From Calcarisporiella thermophila CBS 279.70 (lineage: Eukaryota; Fungi; Calcarisporiellomycota), in contig NW_027192214.1 in NCBI RefSeq assembly GCF_041956535.1, positions 1-62,940 of the forward strand: a DNA stretch of 62,940 bases, in the 5' to 3' direction. The position numbers were made by a program, and so were the translations under genes. Positions 1 to 12,240 of this stretch are shown here, in pieces (the stretch's first letter is position 1; every line of letters starts with the position of its first letter). Under the pieces are notes generated by a model. That model made no database searches. It had not been told where the DNA came from and saw nothing but the letters and a program-made list of their open reading frames with translations.

Positions 1-269
1 ATCTATAAGTTTTCTAATCATTTTCTCTATTGGAATTTTTTGGAGGGAAGGGTGTACATCTGGTATTCGAATACAAAAAAAAAAGAAAAACGCAAAGCGT
101 GATTGCCACTAAGATAAGTCCAAGAAGTGAAAAATTACTAATCAACTACAAAAATTATGAAATGAATCAAAGAAACATAAATACTGTATAAGCTATAAGA
201 GGATCAAAAGTGAGTATCCGAAAAATGCATAAGCTGAAATTGGGTATAATGTACATTGCAGCTAGACTA

Positions 270-3200
270 TCATTGCTCCATTTTTCTCCTCACCCCATTC
301 CATCGTATATTTCTTCTTGACCAGTGTTCGTCGCCGGTGATAAAGTCTTCCCGAACAATTTTGGCACGCTCTTTGAGCCAGCCCCCATCTTCCCACCGCA
401 GTATTATGCCCTCAAGTCGCACGTCTTTAGCCACTGCACCATCCGACATATTGTCCTCAATAAACTCGGATTTTCTGCGGGCAACGATCCCCTTGAGCTC
501 CTCCGCCCTGGGCATCGGGCCCTCGTAAATGACCGGCACCAGCATAATTCCACTGTCCCTGAGCGCCGCCTCTAGGCGAACATGGGAAACAAATCTCCGA
601 GAATGGCGATCATACAGATCGAAGGCGAGAAATCTGTCTGGAAGATTGTCATACATAATACTGTGTGTAGCAGAAAGCCACTCTCCAAAGAGAATGTATC
701 GATCCGGAAAGAGGACTTCCTCAGTATCGCTGTCAACATATTCACTGTATCTCCAATGGGATGCCTCATCATCAGCAGGAGGTAGAGTTTTGCCAGCAAG
801 AATGCTTAGAAGCGTAGGCCCATTACAATCCAGCCAGATGGATAGATGCTTGAACTGTGGATGGCTGGATGCAACAATCTCATGATTACGATTCTGCACT
901 CGAATCCCGTACATAGAACTTGTCCAGGCAAAGTGGGACAAGCTACCATGTAGTAAATCCATCGAAAAGCCCAAGTTGGCACCATCCACCTTTTCCTGAA
1001 TAATAACTGTAGAACTCCCAGACTCTCGGGTCATCACTTTTGCCGCCACATCGGTCGCCGACCAGATAAGATCGTCTCGCGTTGCTGAGCCAAGATTTAG
1101 AAAATGAGAAGTCCTAGTTAATGTGTATATAGGCATAAAAATTGAGAATTGGCTATACTATATTATATTCTTCGAAAACATACCTTGGAAATTTGAAAAA
1201 TTCCATAGATCCTCCGTGACCGCATCTTGTAATTTTGCGAACTATATCTAGTGCTTGGGAGAAAGAACGGATGGTGACGATGGCTCTAAAACCTTCAGCA
1301 AGTGAGGGTGCCTCGAGCTGTTTGGAGAAAGATCGCACTACAGTAGCAGCTCGAGTGGGTGGCAAAGTGGGGTGATTTCGCCGTGTGGATACTCGTCGTT
1401 CACAAAGCCCTGGCGAGTAGTCAAAATAGATGCAAAGCGCGAGTTTGGGGTTGAATGCCAGAGAAAGAAAGTGACGACGATCCTCAGCGGTCACATTGCA
1501 CCGGTCAATAATAATAACTTTTTTGTGCAATGTGCGTTGCGATGAGGGGCTGCTTGCGTGTCCTAGGGCGGCTTCAACCGTACACCTGGATCCACCACAT
1601 TCATCTTGCGAAATGCGGATCCATTTGGTGGGATCGCGAGTAACGAGCATATTTGCAACCCAACTCTTACCACTGCCAGGGAGCCCCACGAGCATAACGA
1701 GTTCTGGGTCATTAACGAATTCCCACACACCTTGCTGTGCATAGTGCCCACCTTTGGGCTCCTCGATGATATTGCTTTCCTTAGAGCATTCGTTGTAGCA
1801 TTTCCATTTTCGCTTGACAAAATACTCGACGAAACGCTCTTGCTCCTCTGTTTCGAGACTTCCTGGTCGCATCTGGCGAATTAATGAAATAGCAGTGTTG
1901 GCATCCATTTCCGGTTTAATTGGCTCCTGCGAGGGGGGAGGCAGAGGCTGGAGACCAAAGAGAGCTATGAAAATTGCCAGTACTGTGCCCGCTCGACCTA
2001 GATAACCAAAAATGAAAATTGAGTGAGATGGGGCAAAGCAATACTCTTTATCAATTGAGTCACAAAAAATCTACCTTTTCCGCCTCCACAATGTACCAAC
2101 GTGGCACCTTGCTCCACCCTGGCAAGCGCTATAATATCATTCATCTGTTCTTCACTTGGTGCCTTGTAATTTTTCACGGGAAAGAATACATTTTTGATTC
2201 CCAGCGACGTATGGAACCATTCACGCGAAAGAGGCTGTTCCTCGGTAAGTGTGATAATGGTAGTGATTCCTAATTGCGCAAGACGTGTAACATCTTCGCT
2301 CGAACGAGGTGTAGACATGCCAGCTAAGCGGAAAGGTATAATCCACCGAAAGAAGCGTGGAAGAACATAGCGGTCCGGCATAATGAGCCTTTCGCGACTA
2401 GAGAATACTAGATCAAAACCTTGGCCAGAAGATGCTGCTGTAATACGTTTTGTGAGTGATGGGAGCCAGGGCTGTAGTAACAGGTGTGCAAAATCATTTC
2501 CGAACAAAGCATCGAGCGCGTGCGCATAAATAGACAACTTTTCAATATCCTTTCGCTCCATTTCGGTCATAAGAATGCCCCACTCGGTCTTTCTGCTACA
2601 TTGCAGCAACCGGCTCATTGCTTTTTTAGCGACATTCTCTCTAGAATTAGCCATATTGGATGCTTTATTAGCAGCGCAAACTTCCATTGTATTCTCGACA
2701 AGCTTAAGAACGCGATACCAAGCAAGCATAGCAATTTTCGGCTTGGCATCGCGATCTGCCCATTCACCTAGACGAGCCCACCCACGCGGACTCGCGATAT
2801 TTTGTCGAATAAGCGAGAGCGCAGCATTTAATGAAAAATCGCGAAGTGTAGATGAATAATTGTCGGTGAGTCGGAATTGGTGATGGTACAGGAAGAGGCA
2901 GTCCAATGCAAGTTCATCTGAAATTTCAAAAGGATCTCCATTTTTTCGTACCACCGAGTTTATCCCTTTTTTCATCTCGTGGTCATTGGCGACGGTAAGC
3001 GTAATGTGGAATTCTTTAGGTGGAAGGCCCAGTTTGTAACGCAACCAGTTTCCATCAGCCCAGGCAACCACCACAAAAAATGCGCGCTTTTCATTTCCAC
3101 CTAGGCCAAGAGGAACAATCCTTGGACTACTATCGAGTGAAGACTGTGGCGCACAAGGAGATTGAAACGTGTTAAGGAGTTGATTAATGGATGCGAAGGT

Positions 3201-3380
3201 CAATGAGCTTAATTCGTCCTTAGTTAAAAATGTAAGATGCCACTCGTTCGATTTTGTAGGTATGCCAGTGGGTACTAAGTGTAGATGCTCATGAGCGATC
3301 TTGTCGATGAGATGGCCTGTGAGAGCAATACAACCACGGAACCTGTGCAGTTTTGCCTCGGATTTCAACGTAGAATCCAG
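270..3380 (-). CDS. Multidomain RNA-repair protein: 2H phosphoesterase + CX5R dual-specificity phosphatase + P-loop polynucleotide kinase + ATP-dependent RNA ligase (~987 aa, 3 exons)
   Basis: Three ORFs join in frame through GT-AG introns 1998-2074 and 1114-1183. Splicing restores HCGGGKG|RAGT (CX5R) and KFP|RTSH. Other motifs: two HxT (WHLTF, FHITL), Walker A GLPGSGKS plus IIDRCN, ligase motif I EKVDGAN, LFGEW, FLAFD, EGIILR, RAKIVR. The start is uncertain (no AUG; CUG at 3380 proposed). Confidence 0.9.
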
Positions 3381-5705
3381 TTTTGAAGATCAAATATAAA
3401 TTACTATTAGAATTCGAGAAAATTATTTGATTATGTCAAAAAGGATAGAGAAATAATAAGTTAATGGCAAGAATAAGTTTATATAAGGGTTTGTGGAGGC
3501 TGTGCGATAAACTGTCCTCTATCCAGCTCTTAATAATTTTTTTCCTTTTAAGTCCGTTTAGGTCAGAATGACTTTAATGGACCTAAAATGGATTTTTGCA
3601 CCCCGTTTTGCGAGTCAATTCCTTATTCGTGATATGAATTGGCCGAGAGCTTCAAAAATGGCGGCAAAAATAATATCTGAAATATAAAAAAAAATACCCT
3701 AATAGGTATTACTCGGTAGGATAAATAGGCATATGATAAGGTTATGAAATCTAGTTGGTCAGTGCAAGCTTTGTAAACTATCATCATTCGAAGGATGCCT
3801 CCAGGTTATGCTGGATTTATATTCAAGGACTCTTTGTATGTGCATGCTGTTTATAGAAAAAACCCATCACCTACAAGCTGTCCAAAATAACTTATCCAGC
3901 TGTTCCTTTCTACAATCACAGAGTGTGCAAAAAGGGTGATGTTACAGTTATTGCAGAACAATAATTTTATTTTTTGAGGTTTCTCTGCCCCGCTCGATTC
4001 TGCGAACTTTATCACTTTCACGGCTTCATTATTAACAATCTGTATTAGTAGAAATAAATCGATCTCTCTTTTCCCCCGCTCGGTATCCAGTATCTCCAGA
4101 GAACATAATGCTTGCGGTTTTGAAAGTTAAACATTAAATGTTCACACCGGATATCCCATCACTCAGATGGTGGTTATCCGGTAAAGTAAGTAGCATGTTC
4201 TAATTCAAGGTGACAATATATGAAATATTCATTCAATCGAGATCCATCAAGTATTTCAGAGGCCTTTGTTATTTCATCTTCGTCAAAAAGGTTTGGATTC
4301 TTTAAGTAAAATGAGGGTAATCACATACAGTATGGAATCAAAAATTAAAGACATTAAAAGAATTAATATTTTTCTTGAAAAAAGGTGAAAATAAAGTGGA
4401 GCAAAAGATTGCAAAGTAGGTATTTCCCAAGGAGCTGATTTAATTACCCAAGAATTTTGAAAAAAAAAGTACATATAACCGGAGTGGAAAGTGAATCAAC
4501 AGCATGAGAAATTCCATACTTTAATGTAATTATATTTGTGTCGCTTAAATTTTTCTCTATTCTCTTAGGAGATATTTGTAATTTAAATAGTAAAGCTTAG
4601 TGGAGATTTTGTCCTCATCGGTAAAGTCTTTTATTGAACTCTTGAATTTCTAGTTGAGTCTGAGTGGCAGCCCTGTCGACATCATAGAGTAGATACTGAA
4701 AGACGAGCTGTTCCCACTCTTGCTGATGTATACCTCGTAGCTCGCGCATGATGTTGAAATACATTTCAAACCGCTGCCTCCACTTTTATTCCATTCCCAC
4801 TTCCCAAATATTATTCTGCAATATTCCCTCGAGCTGTGCGCGTGAAATAAGGGTATATTCATAGTGATGCATTAACCTGTTCCAGTCTTGATTGAAGATG
4901 TCCTTGCGTCCACAATCCCGATAGTTGCCTAGGAGACTTTACGTATCAGTCTCGGAAAATTGAAATTGCGCACCTAGTTATACGAATATACTGTACGTGT
5001 GATACCTATTACCCATATGCAGCTCGGGTGAATGCTACGAGAATGAAAATGAGAAGCGACAGCGGTAAAAAGTGGAGACAGCGATTTGAGATGTATTTCA
5101 ACGCAAGGCGGGAACTCCGGGTACCCACTAGCTAGAGAAGGATCAGGTTATACAAAACTAGGAACATAGAATGCGCTGCCACTCAATGATTCCACCATAA
5201 ATTCAAGAGTTCGGCAAGATAGATCTTGGAAAATTCATAAAATTGGAGCCCTTTTCCCGGTGCAATAACGCGTAGATTGTGAAGCGCGTTAACAAGCGCC
5301 ATTCTGCCTTACGATTCAGAGTAGAGAGCCCAAGTCTGACGAGATCCTGCGGATATACTGGATCGTAGTTTGTATCTACACTTAGTCGGCATCCCGTCGA
5401 GTTGTTTTGAGCTCTAGAAAGGCATTTCTTCGATCAAAAAAGGCCACTCAATCCCTTGTGCCCACAAAAGAGTGTAAACACACGCTTCTATATTTTCCCA
5501 TTCAGTATGCTCAAAAGCATTTCTACTGAGGTCAAGTAGCAACTACTTATGCCTAGTATATTGCGCAATAAGAGGAAGTTAGAATTAGTACAGTATGTAA
5601 GTTGGAAATAAGCGCTTTCATCATACAGTAGCCAAAAGAGAGCGTTGAGTAAATTTTGAGGAGGATAATCAATTGCACCTCGATTCAATGCTTTATTTAT
5701 ATTTA

Positions 5706-5854
5706 TGCTACCTTTGTTAGTTTTAGATAGTTCTTATATTTGTGACTACTTGCTGACATCACTATTCTTTGGGTATATATTTGGATATTTGGCATTTTGG
5801 TATAAGAAGCGGAGTTATTACCTTTCTCGCCTATCTCAAACTATCCTAGTAACA
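5706..5854 (+). mobile_element. Short solo-LTR-like element, diverged copy
   Basis: TG...TAACA ends; flanks ATTTA/ATTGA (5-bp TSD, 1 mismatch); shares GAAGCGGAGTT...CCTATCTCAAACTATCCT with 23812-23956. Confidence 0.6.
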
Positions 5855-6443
5855 ATTGATATTTACATCAATAAGCCACCCTCGAATAGTGCTTGGATCC
5901 TAAAGTTCTGTCCCCGAAGAACGATCTAATTTAAATAGGTTAATTGCTAAAGATAAAAAGCTCTCTATTTCTTGATCAAGATCTCATTTAATACAAATTT
6001 AATACGAATCTTTTGGATGCGATCTAGTTGGTCATACCTTTCAATTGGGCTGGGAGTTTTGAAGTGTTTCCATACGAATTAATCTGGCAAACAAATAATC
6101 AGTTTTCTCATATATTCAGCAGAAAGTTTAGGCATGTTCGTCGATAGAGCCGAAAATATTGATGTCGATCCCATCCCTGTATTTAATTATTTCCAGCGAA
6201 GTTCTTTAGAGGTGTTGAAATACATCTCAAACACTTTCTTCATGACAAACCAGAGGGATGGCCAACCTTTGATCCCCCAATTTTAACTTGTTCAGAAAAC
6301 ATAAAGTATGGGTTGCATACGTACAGCTTGATCTCGTCAATAGTAAAATTAACTCCCTCCAACTCTTGATATAACAAATTGCTTATTTAGACAACTGGAT
6401 TTGGAAAAAGCGATCACAAATCCTTCTTGATTTCTCGAATGAT

Positions 6444-6941
6444 TTGTCTTGCCATCTATCGCACAGACTTATCCAATCCATAACCGTGTCGAACCAGTTT
6501 GATAATCTCAAACCCGGTCAGAACTACCGGCTTAAAAACAAAGGTGCTGATATTTACATCGGGTACCCTAAAGGAATTAATCCATGGGAAATTCCCCAAA
6601 ATCAACCCATCCCAGTTGTTGCTCGCGAGCGTGAAGGTGTTCTATACCTACGAGTCCCAACACGGTTTCATTCGTTATGTTGAAAGCGGACGCGTTTTGG
6701 CTGCGCCCAACCTTACTGACTTCACTCAACAAGTACTCGTACAAGCCGACCCTAATAGCCAACACCAAAAATGGTATTCTGACGGTGATTTCATGCTGCT
6801 GAGGAGCCACCCCAACAAGGCTGTCGACTTGAAAGGGAAAACACCACTCCCGGAAATCCTATCATTATATACACCAAGTGGGATCCCAATAATTCGCAAT
6901 CTAAGGCTCAGCGCTGGGAGGTTAAGCCTACTAGTTTTTAA
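6444..6941 (+). pseudogene. Ricin B-type (beta-trefoil) lectin, frameshifted
   Basis: QxW repeats (QHQKW, KAQRW) and AVDLKG-NTTPGNPIIIY can only be assembled across two frameshifts (~6640 and ~6836); no clear start codon. Confidence 0.7.
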
Positions 6942-7784
6942 GCTATCACTTGGATACTGAACCCTTGGAATGCGAATGAGATGAGTCGAAATAAATCCTT
7001 ATGAGCCGACCATTATATCGAGAATTTGTGTATATGATCATGAATTTTTAACCTTAGCAAGTGATCAATTGAATTAAGTCCACGCTATTCGAGGTTAAAA
7101 ATAAAGAATAGTTTGTTCAGTGATTTAAAACTTAAAAATATACACTGTACATGGATATGTACAATTACACAGCTAGTAAAACTCAGGCCTATAGTATGAC
7201 CGAGCTTACTTCTTAAGCTTAACGTCCCTCTCACTTTGTATTTATTTGTCAGATTAGTGTTGCAATTCTCCATTAAACTGATATTTTCAAAATATTTTTG
7301 AAAAAGCACTTGTAGTGAGACGAACAATAATAGTCGTACCTCTCTAAATGAGACTATGAGGCTATAGACTGCAGCCTTTGTCAGCAATCCACGCTTCATG
7401 ATGAAGCTGATTTATTGGGTAAAATGAGCTGGTTCTAAGAAAAAACAAACAATCCACAAACAAATAATAAAAAAATACAGTACAACACAATACTGTATGA
7501 TAGATAGTAACTTTCCCTTTAATTTCTATAGAAATTTGGTATGAAAAGGGTTAATTTACTGAAAGAAAGTGATATTTTTCAGGATCAAAGAAAAACTATC
7601 AAATACAAAAAATACGATCTATCTAGAAAATACAATTTGCAACGCTAGTTGACAGCATAGTAAGAAAGAAGGAACGAGATCAAGGCTGAAAGTTGACAGA
7701 GGCTAATGCTGATACTACTTTGCAGAGTAGTTGTAGTAGCGTTCGCTTCACAACTATAGTATTAGGTATCCTCTTAGGCACTAC

Positions 7785-9164
7785 CTAGATATCGGTCATC
7801 TTAATTTGGCGGATTTTTTCACCTCGTGTCTTCACATACAATAGAAGTCCAATGCCAATATAATTCAGTAGGCAGAGTATTAACGAAAAATAGCCCTCGT
7901 TAATACTGCTCACAATGGGATCGCTTATGACTGACAGAATGGCTGCCATTACCATTCGCAACATATTAGATGCTGATGTGATGCTGCTACCTTTACCCTT
8001 AGCAATGTCGACTAGATAAGTGGAGGCGGTAGAGAAGACTTGGGCCAAGCCAAAGTTAGCTATAGTGAACGCAACTATGGGAACAGCTAGATGCATCTGA
8101 GCATAGACGCTCCAGCCAAACAAAAGAGTGCCAAATGGTGCAATTACAGCACCTCCGATCCAGGTATGCCACCAAATTCGATCTTCAGGTTGTGGCTTAG
8201 CAGATCGCTGATGTGCAAAATCCGCCAACCTCCCGCTGACCGTAGAGCCAATTGTACTGCCTAGACCTGCTCCGAGGTAACAGAGACCGGTCTGCAGTGA
8301 GTTCAAGTGATATGCTCTCTCAAAGAGGGTTGGTATTACAGTTTCCATGGCAAAGAGGGTGCCAAAGGTAATGCCGATTTCCAGGGACATGGCCATCACT
8401 ATAGAGTACCGAAGAGATGAGAGAGCTGCGAGCGGGTTGAACCGGCCAACCTCCTTGGACCGAGGCGATTCCCATGGAAATATAATCAGAACTCCCAGGA
8501 AACACACGCCTCCCATCGCGGCAGAGAAGTAGAACGTAGACCTCCACCCAAATGCCTGGGTCAGTGCCCCGCCCACAATTGGGCCAAACACGGGACCCAA
8601 GAAAGCGCCTAAAAAGAAAAACCCAAAGGCCGTTCCACGTTCATGTGGTTCCCACAGTTCTTCAATGGTGCCAGCTCCTAATGTCATCGGCGCACTTGCT
8701 CCAACGGACTGTATGCATCGCAGCACAACTAGAAGAGCAATGTGGTGAACCAACCCTGCACCTATTGACACAATAATGTAGATAGCAATCGAGACGAGAA
8801 AAAATATCTTTCGAATCCGTAAGTAATCCGAGGCACTAGACCAAAATATTGGTGCGATGCCCATGAAGAGTATAAATAAGGATACTGTGGTGTTGGTGAG
8901 AGCATTGGATACGCGAAATTCTTCGGAAACTGTCGGGAGAGCAGGAAGGTACACAGTGGAAGAAAGGCCAGGCAGTATACTCGCCAAAGAAATGATGAAA
9001 AGAATGCAATAACGACGGAAATTGCTCATATTAGGTTGCACAGCTTCGACGTCGGAAATATTATCAATTGAGGGCTGAGGGGCTTGAGGATCCGTGGGTG
9101 TTAGATTATTCTCACGAGTATGCACATTGTAAGAGGGATCATTTTGATCTTGTATAGATACCAT
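7785..9164 (-). CDS. MFS multidrug transporter, DHA1 (drug:H+ antiporter) family
   Basis: Intronless 459-aa ORF with about 12 hydrophobic segments; motifs SSTVYLPALP, ERGTAFG, GPVFGPIVGG, GWRSTF, PEDRI. Confidence 0.92.
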   Translation of the reverse strand: MVSIQDQNDPSYNVHTRENNLTPTDPQAPQPSIDNISDVEAVQPNMSNFRRYCILFIISLASILPGLSSTVYLPALPTVSEEFRVSNALTNTTVSLFILFMGIAPIFWSSASDYLRIRKIFFLVSIAIYIIVSIGAGLVHHIALLVVLRCIQSVGASAPMTLGAGTIEELWEPHERGTAFGFFFLGAFLGPVFGPIVGGALTQAFGWRSTFYFSAAMGGVCFLGVLIIFPWESPRSKEVGRFNPLAALSSLRYSIVMAMSLEIGITFGTLFAMETVIPTLFERAYHLNSLQTGLCYLGAGLGSTIGSTVSGRLADFAHQRSAKPQPEDRIWWHTWIGGAVIAPFGTLLFGWSVYAQMHLAVPIVAFTIANFGLAQVFSTASTYLVDIAKGKGSSITSASNMLRMVMAAILSVISDPIVSSINEGYFSLILCLLNYIGIGLLLYVKTRGEKIRQIKMTDI

Positions 9165-10485
9165 AGCTACTTAGAATTAATGCAGTAAAAATCACAAGCA
9201 GTATTAAAGATGCAGATTATATATATATGGCATTTCTTATATTTGTAATTCTTGGCAAATCAAGACATTTTGGGTCGTAACCCAAAACCGCTTGAACACC
9301 TTGAAAATGATTGGAACCGTCAGACACAATTTTAAAATGAGATTTCTCCAGATTAGTGTACAATCATAATCATCAAGGGTCTGGATGGATATTGGCCAAG
9401 ATTTGGAATGGTCGAACAAATGAAAAATGAATGGACCTCTATTGCAGTTCTAAATGGCGCCCGGGTTCATTTGAATGAGGTTGAGGCAAGTGGATTGCAT
9501 CAATTGTGACCTTGTAGTTTGAGACCAAGATAGCACTGTGCTCTCTCGTTGTGCTCTATTTTACTTAACATAAACCTTAAATGAAAAAAAAAATTATAAA
9601 CCATAATTTTAATCCCTCTTTAGCTTTGGTCAGTTGAAATCTAGTACAAAGATAGCGTCTATACATTGACACAGTTACTCACTTGCTCTTAAAATTTGAA
9701 ACTTCTCTCGATATTTCCACTCCTTAATCCAATGCAAATAGTGCTAACGTACCTTTTTATGTAAATTATCACCATTAATTACTAAATCGTTTACGCTATA
9801 TTCGGTGAGCAGCAATCAGCTAACAATTACGGGTGTCATATACCCCTTATTTCATCTTTCCTTCCGGTGGTAATATTATAGAAAAAGCCTGTTGCTGATT
9901 CATAACTATCACTACTGATATTTCGGTGTGCAAACTTATTCATATCATAGTTTAACTGCTCGCTTTAAAGCTTTCGATTTGATCATGCGTAGGTGTAAAT
10001 GGTAATATTCCATATTAGTCAATGACACTGACATATAGAGCCTAATGGGTTAGTCCCTCTGTTTCGGTGAGTTTTAAAAATCAGAAAGGTTGTTGTCATT
10101 ATGGATTCTCCTAAAACCTAATAAAATTTTACGCCTCACTAACCTCAAGTTGGATTGCCGAGAATTTTCTATGCATTGTCGAAAAAATCCCATGTCCTGG
10201 CGTAAAAGCTTACAAATGGTACGCGGATTTTGATCAAATGACAAGTAAATAAAAGGCGTAATAATATAGATTACAGTACTAGTCGTTTGTTCTGGGCCAG
10301 ATAATTTAAATTAGAATAATACCATTACTAATATAGTTGACACGCTGTCAAAGTGAGACGTTACTGCCTTTGATCAAGCTAGTCTTCATTGTAGCATTGT
10401 AGCATTATAGAATGTTAGTTTGATCCGCGTTTTGTTCGGATAATTCACAATAATATAAGGGCACAGAACACTCGATAAATCTCCT

Positions 10486-11350
10486 TTGTGTAAATTGTAC
10501 ATCATCTCACTCTTTGCATTGGCTCAGCTTGCCTATACTACTATTATATCATCTACACTCAAGGATACCACAAATCTTTCGTTTTGGCCGGACGAGATTT
10601 ATAAGCCAGAAGATATGCTACTCATATCAAGTTGCTCACTCTTGCCAAATTCAGAACATCAACCGATGAAAATTAGAGCTTCCAGGCGTGCTTATCAATA
10701 AAAACGCCTATTATTCCGGTATTCAAAACACTACATGCGTGCATGCGCCATAGGTAACCGTCGGACCTTTCTACCATGATGAAGAGATTATCCGATCCAA
10801 TATTACCGAAGGCTAGAATGGTATCCCTTTGACACTCGATATAAGCCCCATTTATATCAATACATGCGAGCCCATTCGAGGTGCTTTCATCAATATCAGG
10901 CATTCTAATGTAACTGGTTTCTACTCGGCTTTTAATAATGCTTCACTTAAGAAGCTTAACAATTCCAATGACCAAAATGGATCACAATTTTTTGAGGAGT
11001 GTTCAACCCACTGATTCGGAGGGAATTACTACATTCAAAACAATTATTCCTGGTTGGTATCGTGGTCGAGTAGTCCATATTTATTGCATGGTTCACATCA
11101 ACGGAATGATCCTATACAATGGTGCCCTTAATAATGGTACTGTCGCTAATATCGGAGTATATTACTTCCCAGAAAATTTTTAGAAACAAGTCAAGAGTCT
11201 TGAGCTGTACAATACAACCTAAATAGAGCGGGTGCTCAATGACCAGTATTTTCCACCAGGACTTCTGAAAGAATTTAGTCCTTACTTGGATCTTACGCTG
11301 GTTGAAAAAAGATATCACTGATGGGGCTGTTGCATTTGTTAATGTTGGGT
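10486..11350 (+). pseudogene. Intradiol ring-cleavage dioxygenase-like (fungal secreted type) pseudogene
   Basis: Fragments in different frames: NTCEPIRGAFINIRHSNVTGFYS and FLRSVQPTDSEGITTFKTIIPGWYRGRVVHIYCMVH, with a terminal GAVAFVNVG. Several frameshifts and stops (e.g. TAG 11181-11183). Confidence 0.8.
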
Positions 11351-12240
11351 TATCTCATTTTATTGATTTTTGCCCTTTTAAATAAAGAAAAAATAAATAA
11401 AATTTTCTAGAAAGTAAGTCGCAATATTTAAATTTAGGTCCTTGGACTGAGACATTCGAATAACCATTAGTTGTATCCTACTGTAAAAAGTTGGTTCAGT
11501 GAATAATTTCATTATTTACATAAATTGCCGACTTTATATTCGGAAAAGAAATCCAAAAATTTTTGACCAAGAATAAAGTTTTGGTTATCTCCTTCGCTTA
11601 ACTTACCAATAAGACTATAATACACTCAACTAAGAAATTGAGCCCACGATGGTATATATTTTACTTTTAATTCTCATAACTTCCTCTACTCTAAAATACC
11701 AATTGCAATACACAGTGAATATAGCTCTGCCATTGTAGTAAAAATATTACTACATGGGCTCTAATATTATTCCTTTATATATGGGTTATGAATCTGAATT
11801 ATACACCCTTCATTCTCACAAATTTTGCGCCAAATCGCTGCTAAAGTTTGTTACTCATTATCACGATAAATAAACAATTTTAGCTAAATTATTAGTTATT
11901 ATAAACTGCCTACATTTTTGTCTTCTCAATATTATCTTGCTTGGCATACTCCAATGAAGTAAATCACGTGAACAGTCAAGTCAAGGATAATCTCATTATG
12001 TGAGTTTTTGCAGCAAAGAGATCTCGAGCCAACTTGGGATAAACTACCGTACCGTTAAATAAATATTGTAGTATTAAACGCTTCAAATATGAATACAAGC
12101 ACTAAAACAATGACTCATTATATTTTGCTAGCTTAATAGTACAAAATCTGTAGGGTAGGAATTTTTTTGAGGCAGTACAAAATCCCTAACTGCATACCGT
12201 GAACATTTGTCATTATTGGATAGGAAAGATTAAGACTGTA

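Noticed and set aside
4655-4940. F-box-like start (SLSGSPVDIIE*IL) on the + strand
   Set aside because: Short, interrupted by stops, and no supporting downstream domain.
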